Source: an uncultured Candidatus Saccharibacteria bacterium (GTDB taxonomy: Bacteria > Patescibacteriota > Dojkabacteria > SC72). Taken from it: a DNA stretch of 64,000 bases. The position numbers and the translations under genes are program-made. Numbering within the stretch: position 1 is the first letter of the stretch; every line of letters starts with the position of its first letter. Positions 19,512-29,859 of this stretch are shown here, in pieces. The DNA lies in contig CAZEQZ010000002.1 in assembly GCA_964514595.1 (NCBI GenBank), forward strand, positions 185,663 through 249,662, given 5' to 3'. A model generated the notes under the pieces. It was not told the origin of the DNA and did no database searches. It worked only from the letters and a program-made list of their open reading frames with translations.

Positions 19512-20094
19512 TCGTTAATCTACTTTCCAAAATCTTAATATTCTCACTATCTACCAATACTTTCTTACTTGAAGCCAAATGTTTTGCATTTAACTTCGTC
19601 GGACTAACAGTATTTACTTTCTTGTTGTTTCTAAGCGTTAAGGCTACATCTTCTTTGTCTGTAATTACCAAGGTGTTCTTTTCATTAGCATCTCTTAATT
19701 TTTTAGCTTGTGCCTGTGTTAATTTCACAAAATCCAAATCTTTCTTTCTTAATCTGTCTGAAAGCATTACACATGTAGCTTTCTTGGCCATTTTCTTATT
19801 TATTTTTCTACTAAAATTCCTATCTACACTTGCGAATGTGACTCCACCACCAACCCACAATGGAGATCTAATTGATCCATGTCTGGCCCTTCCTGTACCC
19901 TTCTGTTTCCAAGGTTTCTTTCCTCCTCCAGATACTTCCCCTCTAGATTTCTGCTTTATGGTACCTTTCCTTTCATTGGAGAAGTAGACATAGAGGACCT
20001 GAGCAACTAAGTCCCCATTGTATGGTAACTCCCATACTGAGGGATTTAATACTAATTTTTCTTCTTTTTTAGTTGTTTTTTTTGTTTCTGCCAT
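19501..20094 (-). CDS. rplD: 50S ribosomal protein L4
   Basis: GGGKKPWKQKGTGRARHGSIRSPLWVGGGVTF block. Confidence 0.9.
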   Translation of the reverse strand: MAETKKTTKKEEKLVLNPSVWELPYNGDLVAQVLYVYFSNERKGTIKQKSRGEVSGGGKKPWKQKGTGRARHGSIRSPLWVGGGVTFASVDRNFSRKINKKMAKKATCVMLSDRLRKKDLDFVKLTQAQAKKLRDANEKNTLVITDKEDVALTLRNNKKVNTVSPTKLNAKHLASSKKVLVDSENIKILESRLTNEK

Positions 20095-20096
20095 TT

Positions 20097-20681
20097 CTAT
20101 TCTGAATATATTGCTACTACATCTCCTTTAGAACCTGGTATTGGTCCTAAAATCAATATTAGACTATCTTTAATATCAATTATCTCCCTACCTTTTAGGG
20201 TAATCCTGTCCTGCCCCATTCTCCCACCCATCTTCTTTCCTTTAAGTACTCTACCTGGATCTGTACCTGCTCCTATGGATCCTGGTGCTCTTTGTCTATC
20301 TGATTGACCATGTGTCCTTGGACCACCTTTAAATCCCCACCTTTTTACAACTCCCTGAAACCCTTTTCCTTTAGAAGTTCCACTAATTGTTACCTTATCT
20401 CCAGCCACAAATGTCTCAGCTTTTATTTCACTTCCAGGAGTTATTTCCTCCGAAAGTGATCCTTTAAAATATTCCCTGTTCATAGGTACCTTTCCTGTGG
20501 CTTTATATTTACCCTCCATTGACTTAATTGAGCTTTTCTTTTGGCCTAACCCCAATTCGAAACCTTCTGGTTCTAAATGAGAAAGGACACATCCCTCTGT
20601 GTCTATGACAGTAACGGGGACGACTTTGTCATCCTTAAAAACCCTTGTCATTCCTTTTTTTATTCCAATTAAAGCTTTCAT
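20097..20681 (-). CDS. rplC: 50S ribosomal protein L3
   Basis: MKALIGIKKGMTRVF... and KGKGFQGVVKRWGFKGGPRTHGQS. Confidence 0.92.
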   Translation of the reverse strand: MKALIGIKKGMTRVFKDDKVVPVTVIDTEGCVLSHLEPEGFELGLGQKKSSIKSMEGKYKATGKVPMNREYFKGSLSEEITPGSEIKAETFVAGDKVTISGTSKGKGFQGVVKRWGFKGGPRTHGQSDRQRAPGSIGAGTDPGRVLKGKKMGGRMGQDRITLKGREIIDIKDSLILILGPIPGSKGDVVAIYSE

Positions 20682-20697
20682 TAAGCTAATATATAAT

Positions 20698-21009
20698 TTA
20701 TTGTATTCCTATATCCACACCGGCAGGCATCTGAAGATGCTGTAGGGCATCTATTGTCTTAGGGGTAGGATCAATGATATCTATTATTCTTTTATGAGTG
20801 TTAATCTCAAAGTGTTCAATTGAGCTTTTGTAAATAAATGGCGAACGATTGACTGCTACTTTTCTTTTTCTTGTTGGTAGTGGTATAGGACCAGCCACCT
20901 TAGCACCCGTGCTTATAGCGGTCTCTATAATACTTCTTGCTGATTTATCTACTACAACAGAGTCATAACCCTTAAGTTTTACTCTAATTTTTGCAGTGTT
21001 ATTAGCCAT
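20698..21009 (-). CDS. rpsJ: 30S ribosomal protein S10
   Basis: [39 protein letters not shown]. Confidence 0.92.
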   Translation of the reverse strand: MANNTAKIRVKLKGYDSVVVDKSARSIIETAISTGAKVAGPIPLPTRKRKVAVNRSPFIYKSSIEHFEINTHKRIIDIIDPTPKTIDALQHLQMPAGVDIGIQ

Positions 21010-21043
21010 TCTATTTAAAAGAGCTAAATTAAATTATTATGCT

Positions 21044-21067
21044 CAGAGGGCAGATACCTGCCCTCTG
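21044..21067 (-). promoter_or_regulatory. Stable 10-bp stem-loop (CAGAGGGCAG-ATAC-CTGCCCTCTG) in the tuf-rpsJ spacer; possible attenuator, processing site or weak terminator
   Basis: Perfect inverted repeat, GC-rich for this genome. It sits 10 nt after the tuf stop, but the U-tract on the minus strand is poor. Confidence 0.35.
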
Positions 21068-21076
21068 ATACTTAAC

Positions 21077-22246
21077 CTACTTTATAATCTCAGTAACTAC
21101 TCCGTGACCTACTGTTTGACCACCTTCTCTAATTGCAAATGTAACACCCTTTTCTATTGCAACTTGAGATACTAACTTAACGGTAAATTCAGTATTATCA
21201 CCAGGAGCTACCATCTCAGTACCTTCCTCCAACACAACCTCACCTGTAACATCAGCTGTTCTTACATAGAACTGAGGCTTATACCCTGTTACGAAAGGAG
21301 TGTGTCTTCCACCTTCCTCTTTACTTAACACATATACCTCTGCCTTAAATTCTGTATGAGTTGTAACAGATCCTGGTATTGCCAATATCTGACCTCTTTC
21401 AATATCTTCCCTCTTAAGACCTCTTAATAGGATACCGACATTATCTCCTGCTTGACCTTCGTTCAATGTTTTATTAAACATCTCTACTCCAGTTACTGCT
21501 GTCTTCTGAGCTTTTCTTCCCATTCCAAGTATTTCTACATCCTGACCTACTTTTATTACTCCTCTCTCAATTCTTCCTGTTGCAACTGTTCCTCTTCCTT
21601 CGATAGAGAATACATCTTCTACAGGCATAAGGAATGGTTTGTCTATATCTCTTTCTGGCAAATCAATATATTCGTCAACTGCCTTCATCAATTCTCTTAC
21701 TGATTCCAATCCCTCTTCCTCACCCTTCTCTGCCTTTAATGCATCACCTACAACTATTGGTGCATTTCCATCATAGCCATACTTCTCTAAAAGATCTTGT
21801 ATGTCGGCCTTGATGAGCTCCAATATCTCCTCATCTGCTTCACCAAACTTGTTGATGTATACCACAACCTTAGGAACCCCTACCTGCTTAGCTAGCAAAA
21901 GGTGCTCTTTTGTTTGAGGCATAGCACCATCATTGGACGATATAACTAAAATTGCACCATCCATCTGTGCTGCACCTGTGATCATATTCTTAATATAGTC
22001 TTTATGACCAGGGCAATCTACAAGTGCGTAGTGCCTATTATCAGTCTCTAACTCAACGTGTGCTACTGATATTGTAATGGACTTAGCTCTAGACTCTGGA
22101 TCTTTATCTAGCTTGTCCTTAATGCTGTCTGCTGAATCTCCAGCGAAAGCGTTTAGAATACCACGAACCAAAGTAGTCTTACCGTGATCAATATGACCTA
22201 AGGTTCCGATATTCATGTGTGGCTTTGTTCTTTCAAAATCTGCCAT
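21077..22246 (-). CDS. tuf: Elongation factor Tu
   Basis: [18 protein letters not shown] and NKFG GTPase motifs, then EF-Tu domains 2 and 3. Confidence 0.95.
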   Translation of the reverse strand: MADFERTKPHMNIGTLGHIDHGKTTLVRGILNAFAGDSADSIKDKLDKDPESRAKSITISVAHVELETDNRHYALVDCPGHKDYIKNMITGAAQMDGAILVISSNDGAMPQTKEHLLLAKQVGVPKVVVYINKFGEADEEILELIKADIQDLLEKYGYDGNAPIVVGDALKAEKGEEEGLESVRELMKAVDEYIDLPERDIDKPFLMPVEDVFSIEGRGTVATGRIERGVIKVGQDVEILGMGRKAQKTAVTGVEMFNKTLNEGQAGDNVGILLRGLKREDIERGQILAIPGSVTTHTEFKAEVYVLSKEEGGRHTPFVTGYKPQFYVRTADVTGEVVLEEGTEMVAPGDNTEFTVKLVSQVAIEKGVTFAIREGGQTVGHGVVTEIIK

Positions 22247-22364
22247 GAATATATTGTTAAAAAATTAAATATATTTTCTTTTAATACACAAATTCTCTCA
22301 AATTGAGAACCTGCGATGAATATTATCAAAAAGTAGTGATAGTTGCAAGAGGATTATACTATAT

Positions 22365-23192
22365 TTACCAGTTTTTCGTATCCTTTCTGTGCAACTCTAT
22401 TCCCTTTGTCACAATACTGACTGTTAACATTAGAAACATAACTGTACTTAAAGCAAAAACCCCCAGATCATACTGTGTAGCTATATATCCATATATGTCA
22501 TAGTAGTTGATGGGCAAGAAAAACATTACTACAGCGACCATTATTCCGATTATCCTTATCTCAGTAGGTCCAAACCAACCAAATGAATTCTGACATTTAT
22601 TTTCTACATATACCAACAAATCAACGTTTAACATCATTGCAAGGTATACGCAGACTAGGAGGAGGGAGATCTCTATCTTAACAAAACCTGATAGTCCCAA
22701 ACCTAATCCAAACATTATTATGACGATCGCATCTACTATTTTATCTATATAATATCCATAGTGAGGTCTTGTTTTCTTCCTATACCTAGCAATGCTTCCG
22801 TCAAATGAGTCTCCAAACCAATTAACTATTAATCCGATAATTACGAGAACAAGGTAGTATCTGTTAAAAAATCCTAATACAAATCCCGCTGATACCATAG
22901 CAACTCCTAAAATCCCTATTGCTGTCAAATGATCAGGATTCATCCACAATGGGATTCTTGGGCATATTATCTCCTTCAATTTTTCTTCGACCTTTGCTGT
23001 GATTGCAGTATTAACTGTATCCTGAGTATCTCTCTTATACCTTACCTTAAGATTCTCTAAGTCAAACACTATTTCACCCATCCTAATATCCTCTATCCAA
23101 TGCCTTATCTCATCTACAACATTTTGAAATTTACCTTCCCTAAGGTATTCATTTATCTTGTTTATTCTATTTTTAGAGAATTTTTCTGACAT
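22365..23192 (-). CDS. CDP-alcohol phosphatidyltransferase family membrane protein with cytoplasmic N-terminal extension of about 80 aa
   Basis: DSFDGSIARYRKKTRPHYGYYIDKIVD matches D-G-x2-A-R-x8-G-x3-D-x3-D. The remainder has six or more TM helices. Confidence 0.7.
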   Translation of the reverse strand: MSEKFSKNRINKINEYLREGKFQNVVDEIRHWIEDIRMGEIVFDLENLKVRYKRDTQDTVNTAITAKVEEKLKEIICPRIPLWMNPDHLTAIGILGVAMVSAGFVLGFFNRYYLVLVIIGLIVNWFGDSFDGSIARYRKKTRPHYGYYIDKIVDAIVIIMFGLGLGLSGFVKIEISLLLVCVYLAMMLNVDLLVYVENKCQNSFGWFGPTEIRIIGIMVAVVMFFLPINYYDIYGYIATQYDLGVFALSTVMFLMLTVSIVTKGIELHRKDTKNW

Positions 23193-23194
23193 AT

Positions 23195-25297
23195 TTATGC
23201 ATTTTTACCAGAAATTTCTTCTGCTACATTTTTAGGAACCTCTGCATAGTGGGAAGGTTCAATATTTGGCGTACCTCTACCACTAGTTATAGATCTTAAC
23301 TCATTTGTATACCCAAACAACTCCGAGAGAGGAACCATTGCAGTAATTCTACTGATACTGTTCCCCAAGCTTTCGGTTCCTTGTATTTGGCCTCTCTTGC
23401 TACTCAATGATCCCGTGACATCACCCATGTGGGCATCAGGAGTTTCTACCTCTACTTTCATAATTGGCTCCAAAAGAATAGGATCTCCATTTCTACAACC
23501 ATCCTTAAATGCCATAGATCCAGCAACTTTAAATGCAGCTTCAGAGGAGTCCACCTCGTGGTATGAACCATCATATAGTGTGACCTTTATATCTACTACT
23601 GGATAGCCAGCAACTACACCTGTCTTCATTGCTTCCTCTACACCCTTCTGTATAGCTGGGATAAATTCTCTAGGTATTGCTCCACCTTTAATAGCATTAA
23701 CAAATTCGAAACCTTTTCCAGATTCATTAGGTTCAAGTTTCAACCAACAGTGACCATACTGTCCTTTACCACCAGACTGTTTTACATATCTACCCTCAGA
23801 TTGCTCAACTACTCTCTTAATAGTTTCTCTGTATGCTACCTGCGGTTTACCAACATTAGCAATTACACCAAATTCTCTCTTCATCCTATCTACAATTATC
23901 TCCAAATGAAGCTCTCCCATACCGTGTATTATTGTTTGACCCGTTTCTTGATTGCTTGAAACATGGAATGTCGGATCTTCCTTCACCAACCTTCCCAAAG
24001 CTTCTGACATCTTCTCTTCATCTGATTTAGTAGCTGGTTCAATTGCTTGTGATACAACTGGTTCAGCAAATGATATTTTTTCAAGTATTATTGGGTTACT
24101 TTCATCACAAAGAGTATCTCCTGTTACAGAATCTTTAAGACCTACAATTGCCCCGATATCTCCTACTCTTAACGAATCAACTTCCTCTCTCTCATCCGCA
24201 TGCATTAGTATCAATCTACTAACTCTCTCTCTTTGTCCTTTTGTAGAGTTTAAGACATATGAACCCGCATCTATCTTTCCAGAATATATTCTGAAATAGG
24301 ATAGGTTCCCAATATGAGGATCATTTACTATCTTAAACACCAAAGAGGAGAATGGTTCCGACTCTTCGGCTTTTCTTTCAATCTCTTCTTGTGTCTTTGG
24401 ATGTATTCCCTTAACTGGAGGGGTCTCTGTCGGAGATGGAAGACATATTGTTATGTAGTCTAGTAGTGTTTTGGCCATTGCTGTTCTTGAATCTCCACCT
24501 AATACAGGAAATATTTTCCCCTCTAATGTTCCTTTCCTCAAAGCAGAGTATAGCTCGTCAGTACTTAACTCCTCCCCAGAGAAATATTTCTCCATTAAAG
24601 CATCATCCTGCTCTGCCAATATCTCTACCAATTCCTCCCTCAATTTATTAACCGTATCTTTGATGTCATCAGGAATCTCTACCTCTATTAAGTCGGGGGT
24701 ATCTATCCCTTTATACTCATACGCTTGCATTTTAACTAAGTCAACATATCCATGTAGCTGTTGCTCTTTTCCTATAGGGAATGTTACTGCTATTGCTTTA
24801 TTACTTAACCTATCCTTTATGGTCTTAAAACTTGTTTCAAAGCTTCCACCTATAAGATTTATTTTATTCATAAAGCAGATACGAGGAACTTTGTATTTAT
24901 TGGCTTGTCTCCATACAGTCTCTGATTGTGGTTCAACTCCCTTTCTTCCGTCAAATACTACTACGGCACCATCCAATACTCTTAATGATCTTTCAACTTC
25001 TGCTGTAAAATCAACATGACCTGGGGTATCTATTATGTTTATTCTATATCGATCGCCCTTATAATCCCAGAAACATGTAACGGCTGCGGACATTATTGTA
25101 ATACCTCTTTCCTTTTCCTGTTCCATGAAATCTGTAGTAGCAGCTCCTTCATGCACCTCCCCTATTTTGTGTACCTGCCCTGTGAAGTATAGAAGTCTTT
25201 CTGTAGTTGTAGTTTTACCAGCATCAATATGTGCTATTATTCCAATATTTCTTACCTTGTCCAAGGGCATTTTGACATTATATGTACTCTTATCCAT
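23195..25297 (-). CDS. fusA: Elongation factor G
   Basis: AHIDAGKTTTTE, DTPGHVDF and NKID G-domain motifs; 700 aa. Confidence 0.95.
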   Translation of the reverse strand: MDKSTYNVKMPLDKVRNIGIIAHIDAGKTTTTERLLYFTGQVHKIGEVHEGAATTDFMEQEKERGITIMSAAVTCFWDYKGDRYRINIIDTPGHVDFTAEVERSLRVLDGAVVVFDGRKGVEPQSETVWRQANKYKVPRICFMNKINLIGGSFETSFKTIKDRLSNKAIAVTFPIGKEQQLHGYVDLVKMQAYEYKGIDTPDLIEVEIPDDIKDTVNKLREELVEILAEQDDALMEKYFSGEELSTDELYSALRKGTLEGKIFPVLGGDSRTAMAKTLLDYITICLPSPTETPPVKGIHPKTQEEIERKAEESEPFSSLVFKIVNDPHIGNLSYFRIYSGKIDAGSYVLNSTKGQRERVSRLILMHADEREEVDSLRVGDIGAIVGLKDSVTGDTLCDESNPIILEKISFAEPVVSQAIEPATKSDEEKMSEALGRLVKEDPTFHVSSNQETGQTIIHGMGELHLEIIVDRMKREFGVIANVGKPQVAYRETIKRVVEQSEGRYVKQSGGKGQYGHCWLKLEPNESGKGFEFVNAIKGGAIPREFIPAIQKGVEEAMKTGVVAGYPVVDIKVTLYDGSYHEVDSSEAAFKVAGSMAFKDGCRNGDPILLEPIMKVEVETPDAHMGDVTGSLSSKRGQIQGTESLGNSISRITAMVPLSELFGYTNELRSITSGRGTPNIEPSHYAEVPKNVAEEISGKNA

Positions 25298-25364
25298 TAT
25301 ATTTATCTAAAAATTAACAAAAGGAAGGGAAGTTAAGACCTTCGCAGTTGCGATTATAGCAAAA

Positions 25365-26810
25365 CTACCTTAAAGAAGACAACAGCTTTCTCGCTTCCTC
25401 CGTAACTTCATATTCTAAATCGTACTCTATGGCCTTTTCCAATGATTGGATGGCTAATTCTACTTCGTTATCCTTGATCTGTGTTTGAGCGAGGAAAAGG
25501 TTATAGTATGGATTAAACTTATCTATACTAACCAACTTAACCATATATTCATCCACATCACCATCTGATTCTAGGAGTACCATTATCTTCCATTGGAGAT
25601 ACTCTTTCTCATCACTTCCAGTTAATTCCAATCCCTCCAGTTTACTAAGATAAAAATCCACCTTAACACTTTCATTCAAATTATAATGTGTTTTAACGGA
25701 GAGGAGATTTAGATACGGTTCATCGGGAAGCAAGAGTAGCAGGTCCTTAACTAATTCATTTGCCTTCAACCCCTGTTTATTATCCAGCAGAATATCTATA
25801 TATTCCTTTACCAAATCTGAGTTAACTTCAGCCCCTGCATAACCAATTGCCCCATCATAGCTCTTAACCATATTATCTAAATCATTATCCATAAGGTACG
25901 CTCTAGCTTTTGTCCAAAGAATTTCAGTTTCCATTCCACCCAAGGTTAGGGCTCTGTCTAAAGTTTCTATTGCTTTTTCGTAGTCACCAAAGTCAAAATA
26001 CGCCCTACCCAAGAAATACATACCCTCCAGATATTCTGACATATTCTCCTTTAGTGGCCCAAGCACTAATATTGCCAAATATGGATATCCATTATTAATA
26101 TATATCCTGGCTAACTTAGATGCGTTAAATTTCTCATCATCATCCAATGAATCCAATACACCCTTAAATTCCTCATAATTCACCTGCATACTTCCAGATG
26201 GCTTCACAGAAGAGAGAGTTTTTTTTGCATTAGAGACATCCTCTACAGCATATATATATGCGAGGAGAAGATTGGCTTCCATCTTAACTTCCTCTTCATA
26301 TCCCTGTTTTTGGAACTGCTTTTTTGCTTGATTAATATCACCCAATTTTAGAAATATTTTTCCTAAAGATAGTTCTAATTGCATATTTTTTACCCCCAGA
26401 ACTAATCCTGCATCGTACATATCAAATGCTTCCCTATATTTTCCGACATCAGAATATGCATCACCTATCATATTGTATAGTATGGACCTATCGTTATTAC
26501 TAAGTGGTTTTGCAGATTTCTCTACGACCTGTTTTGCATCATCTATTCTGTTTTTTAATAACAGTACCGAAACAATACCCTCATATGCCTCAACCTTTTT
26601 GGGAACTATATCAACCGCTTCGTAATACTTCTCTATGGCCACAGAGTACTGCCTAGCTTCAGCGTGTGTTGCTGCTTCTTCCACTCTTTCGTTATAGAGT
26701 TCTAGTTGTTCTTGAGTTACTCTTCTACTTAGAACATACCAAAGGGATAGCGAAAGAATTACTAAAAGCAAAATTATCCAAGGAATATATTTCTTTAACT
26801 CTTTTTTCAT
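25365..26810 (-). CDS. Membrane-anchored tetratricopeptide-repeat (TPR) protein
   Basis: N-terminal TM (IPWIILLLVILSLSLWYVL) then multiple 34-aa TPR-like repeats (W/LG/Y-A-F-A-P pattern). Confidence 0.6.
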   Translation of the reverse strand: MKKELKKYIPWIILLLVILSLSLWYVLSRRVTQEQLELYNERVEEAATHAEARQYSVAIEKYYEAVDIVPKKVEAYEGIVSVLLLKNRIDDAKQVVEKSAKPLSNNDRSILYNMIGDAYSDVGKYREAFDMYDAGLVLGVKNMQLELSLGKIFLKLGDINQAKKQFQKQGYEEEVKMEANLLLAYIYAVEDVSNAKKTLSSVKPSGSMQVNYEEFKGVLDSLDDDEKFNASKLARIYINNGYPYLAILVLGPLKENMSEYLEGMYFLGRAYFDFGDYEKAIETLDRALTLGGMETEILWTKARAYLMDNDLDNMVKSYDGAIGYAGAEVNSDLVKEYIDILLDNKQGLKANELVKDLLLLLPDEPYLNLLSVKTHYNLNESVKVDFYLSKLEGLELTGSDEKEYLQWKIMVLLESDGDVDEYMVKLVSIDKFNPYYNLFLAQTQIKDNEVELAIQSLEKAIEYDLEYEVTEEARKLLSSLR

Positions 26811-26878
26811 TACTTTAATATATGTATGATAGAGGTAGTTGTCAATGACTTTAAATTATGTGATAGAATAGCATACTT

Positions 26879-27802
26879 ATGTACAAGAATAGTTTTGTGC
26901 ACGTACTGGTACTTTTATTCGGCATTTTTCTTCTCAATGGTGTATATTTGCTATATCCTAGGGAAACCAAATCAAAGGAATTACCGGGAAAGATCTATGA
27001 GATATATAGGGTGGATCCCGTAGAGGCAAGGCATGGAAGTCACATTAAGTTGATAACTGTAAACTATGACGGCACTATTACAAAGCATCTGTGTAGATCA
27101 TATTCGCCGGTAACTGCACTTATAGAGTTGGGATATCATATTAGTAATATGAATAAGATTACTGCCACCTCACCAATATCACAGCTTTATACTAACTCTT
27201 TTATTCTTGTTGAGACATATAGGACTACCATAGACGAAGTATTACTTGAGATACCCTTTCAAACCGTGATGAAGGGCAATGTACTATGCAAGAGTTTGTC
27301 CCAAGAGGTCAAAGAGCAAGAGGGAGTGTTGGGATTGATGACTCAGAAGGTAAAGAGGATATATCGTGGGAATACACTTATTGCAGAAGAGATTATTGAA
27401 GAACATATGGAGAGAGAAGCTAGACCTGAAATAATTATAATTCGAGGGCCAGAAGATCTGCCTACCTCTGTTCCTCAGAGAGGATACAACTGTGCATATT
27501 GGAGTGCATATATCGATGGTATTGATGCAACAATCCAAGAGAAAGAGTGGCTAAAGTTTGTAATGAGATGGGAATCAGGATGCAATGCGGAAAGTAACAA
27601 ATCTTTTCACAAAGGTCTATACCAATGGGATCCATGTTTATGGTACAAACAGTATCCTAATGAGAATATTTTTGATGGAGAGGCACAGATTAGGAGGACA
27701 CTGGAAAAGTTAAGAAACGGGGCCAATCCAAGCAGGATGTGGCCTGCAGTACATAAAAAATATTTAAGCAATTGTATCAACTGGGAAAACGGATGTTTGT
27801 AG
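26879..27802 (+). CDS. RpfB-like secreted protein with DUF348-like, G5-like and transglycosylase-like (Rpf) domains
   Basis: N-terminal signal anchor. KLITVNYDGTITKH...ALIELGY (DUF348 pattern). TIDEVLLEIPFQTV...IIIIRGPED (G5 pattern). The C-terminal FVMRWESGCNAESN...YQW resembles the W-x-CESGG-N core of Rpf/transglycosylase-like domains. Confidence 0.5.
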   Translation: MYKNSFVHVLVLLFGIFLLNGVYLLYPRETKSKELPGKIYEIYRVDPVEARHGSHIKLITVNYDGTITKHLCRSYSPVTALIELGYHISNMNKITATSPISQLYTNSFILVETYRTTIDEVLLEIPFQTVMKGNVLCKSLSQEVKEQEGVLGLMTQKVKRIYRGNTLIAEEIIEEHMEREARPEIIIIRGPEDLPTSVPQRGYNCAYWSAYIDGIDATIQEKEWLKFVMRWESGCNAESNKSFHKGLYQWDPCLWYKQYPNENIFDGEAQIRRTLEKLRNGANPSRMWPAVHKKYLSNCINWENGCL

Positions 27803-27811
27803 TATTTTAGA

Positions 27812-29824
27812 TCAGAAATTATTCCAACTGTAATAATCACATATTTCTTGAGGAATTTCTCCCAGAAATCTGGATGGTATTTGAGATGAGTATCCATCCC
27901 TTGTTTGCCTCCTCTCTGCGAATGTAAGGAATAGTTTCTGCTTTGCCCTAGTAATACCAACATAACAAAGTCTTCGCTCCTCTTCCATATCATCCTCTTC
28001 TAAAAATGACCTTGAGTGTGGTAGTAATCCCTCCTCCATACCAACTATAAATACATATTCAAATTCTAATCCCTTAGAAGAGTGAAGTGTCATGAGGTTA
28101 ATGTAGTTCCCACTACCATCTTGATTTTTATCCTGCTCCTGCTCTATCAAATTAATTTCATTTAGAAACATCTCTAAGCTCTTTCTTCCGTTCTTATCAG
28201 CATATGAGGAAGCAACATTCTTCAACTCAATAATATTTTCTTTTTTCATCTCGGCCTGCTCACTCCTGTCATCAAACCATTGCACATACTTAGTTTTCTC
28301 AAGTATAAAATCTATGATTTCTAAAACATCCTTTTCTTTAGAGAAGAAATATATATTTCCAAATGTATTTATTAAAGAGAAATATTTACCCCAAACATCT
28401 TTCTGAGAAGATATCTTCTCCAATGTTCCCTTACTCATTCTTATATCCTTTTCATATTCACTATTACCAACAACATACGCCCCAACTATATACTCTCCCA
28501 ATGTACAACCTGCTTCTTTAGATAGTTGGTGTAACTGAGCAACAGATTTTGGACCCATTTTCCTCGCAGGAACATTGATTATTCTATCTACACTTAATTC
28601 ATCTTTTAGATTGAAACAGAATCTAAGATAGCTAATGATATCCTTGATTTCCTTTCTTTCGTAGAATCTAAATCCGCCTACTAGTTTGTACGGAAGTCCT
28701 GACTTAAGTAGCGCTTCCTCCACTGCCCTCGATTGATAATTGGTCCTATATAATACTGCTATATCTTTCAGAGAAACCCCCATTCTTTGTAGGTATGTTA
28801 TTTGCTCTACGACATACTCTGCTTCATTTTCCTGATCACTTGCTTGATATACGGTAATGGTTTCCCCATCATTATTATCCGTCCATAGGACTTTCTCCAC
28901 CCTTGCATTGTTTTGCTCAATAACCTGAACCGCTGCTCTTATGACATTCTTCGTGGATCTGTAGTTCTGTTCTAATTTAATAACAGTTACATTCTTAAAG
29001 TCATTTGCAAATGATTGGATGTTTTTAATATTTGCTCCCCTCCATGCGTATATACCCTGATCATCATCTCCGACCACACATATATTTTGATGTTTCTCTG
29101 AGAGTAGCTTTGCAAATCTGTATTGTGCTAGGTTAGTATCCTGGTATTCATCTATTAATATATATTTATATTTCTCTTGATATCTCTTCCTAATATCTTC
29201 ATTCTCATCTAATATTTTTACTGTTAAATAGAGAAGGTCTCCGAAATCGACAGAGTTTTGCGCAAGTAGCTGTTTTTGGTACTCTGGATATATTTCTGCA
29301 GCTATATCTTCTATGTATCCTCCGTAGTGGAATTTAAATTTCTGAGGAGATATCATCTCATTTTTAGCAGCACTTATGAAGTGAGATATAGCAGCTGGTT
29401 TAATCTGTTTAATATCTATATCTCTTTCTAAGAGCAACTCCTTTATCATGTTGTCAGAATCATCGGAATCGTATATGGAGAAATTATTTGTAAGTCCCAA
29501 TTCTTTTGCATTCTGCCTTAATATCATCGCTCCTATGGAATGAAATGTGCCTATGGTGGGGATATCTTTAGATTTTACCTCCAAATCCTTAAGCAAGGAT
29601 GTTATTCTTTCTTGCATCTCTCCTGCAGCTTTTTTAGTGAATGTAACAGCTAATATGTTGTTAGGGTTAACATTCTTTTCTGTGATTAGGTATGCAATCC
29701 TATTAGTTATGACTCTGGTCTTTCCCGAACCTGCTCCTGCGAAAACTAAAAGGGGACCCTCTGTACACATAACTGCTTTCTTCTGCTCTGGATTTAATTT
29801 GTCCAGAATAGTATTGGAATCCAC
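27812..29824 (-). CDS. uvrD: ATP-dependent DNA helicase, UvrD/PcrA/Rep family (SF1)
   Basis: LNPEQKKAV, Walker A AGAGSGKT, DEYQDTN and a 670-aa SF1 architecture. Confidence 0.9.
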   Translation of the reverse strand: MDSNTILDKLNPEQKKAVMCTEGPLLVFAGAGSGKTRVITNRIAYLITEKNVNPNNILAVTFTKKAAGEMQERITSLLKDLEVKSKDIPTIGTFHSIGAMILRQNAKELGLTNNFSIYDSDDSDNMIKELLLERDIDIKQIKPAAISHFISAAKNEMISPQKFKFHYGGYIEDIAAEIYPEYQKQLLAQNSVDFGDLLYLTVKILDENEDIRKRYQEKYKYILIDEYQDTNLAQYRFAKLLSEKHQNICVVGDDDQGIYAWRGANIKNIQSFANDFKNVTVIKLEQNYRSTKNVIRAAVQVIEQNNARVEKVLWTDNNDGETITVYQASDQENEAEYVVEQITYLQRMGVSLKDIAVLYRTNYQSRAVEEALLKSGLPYKLVGGFRFYERKEIKDIISYLRFCFNLKDELSVDRIINVPARKMGPKSVAQLHQLSKEAGCTLGEYIVGAYVVGNSEYEKDIRMSKGTLEKISSQKDVWGKYFSLINTFGNIYFFSKEKDVLEIIDFILEKTKYVQWFDDRSEQAEMKKENIIELKNVASSYADKNGRKSLEMFLNEINLIEQEQDKNQDGSGNYINLMTLHSSKGLEFEYVFIVGMEEGLLPHSRSFLEEDDMEEERRLCYVGITRAKQKLFLTFAERRQTRDGYSSQIPSRFLGEIPQEICDYYSWNNF

Positions 29825-29859
29825 TATATATGAATAGTAAAAAGTAATTTAAAGGAATA

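Noticed and set aside
22247-22364. Possible sigma-70 promoter (TTGCAA ... TATATT) read on the plus strand upstream of tuf
   Set aside because: tuf is on the minus strand. The plus-strand hexamers have wrong spacing (11 nt) and no gene follows them on that strand.
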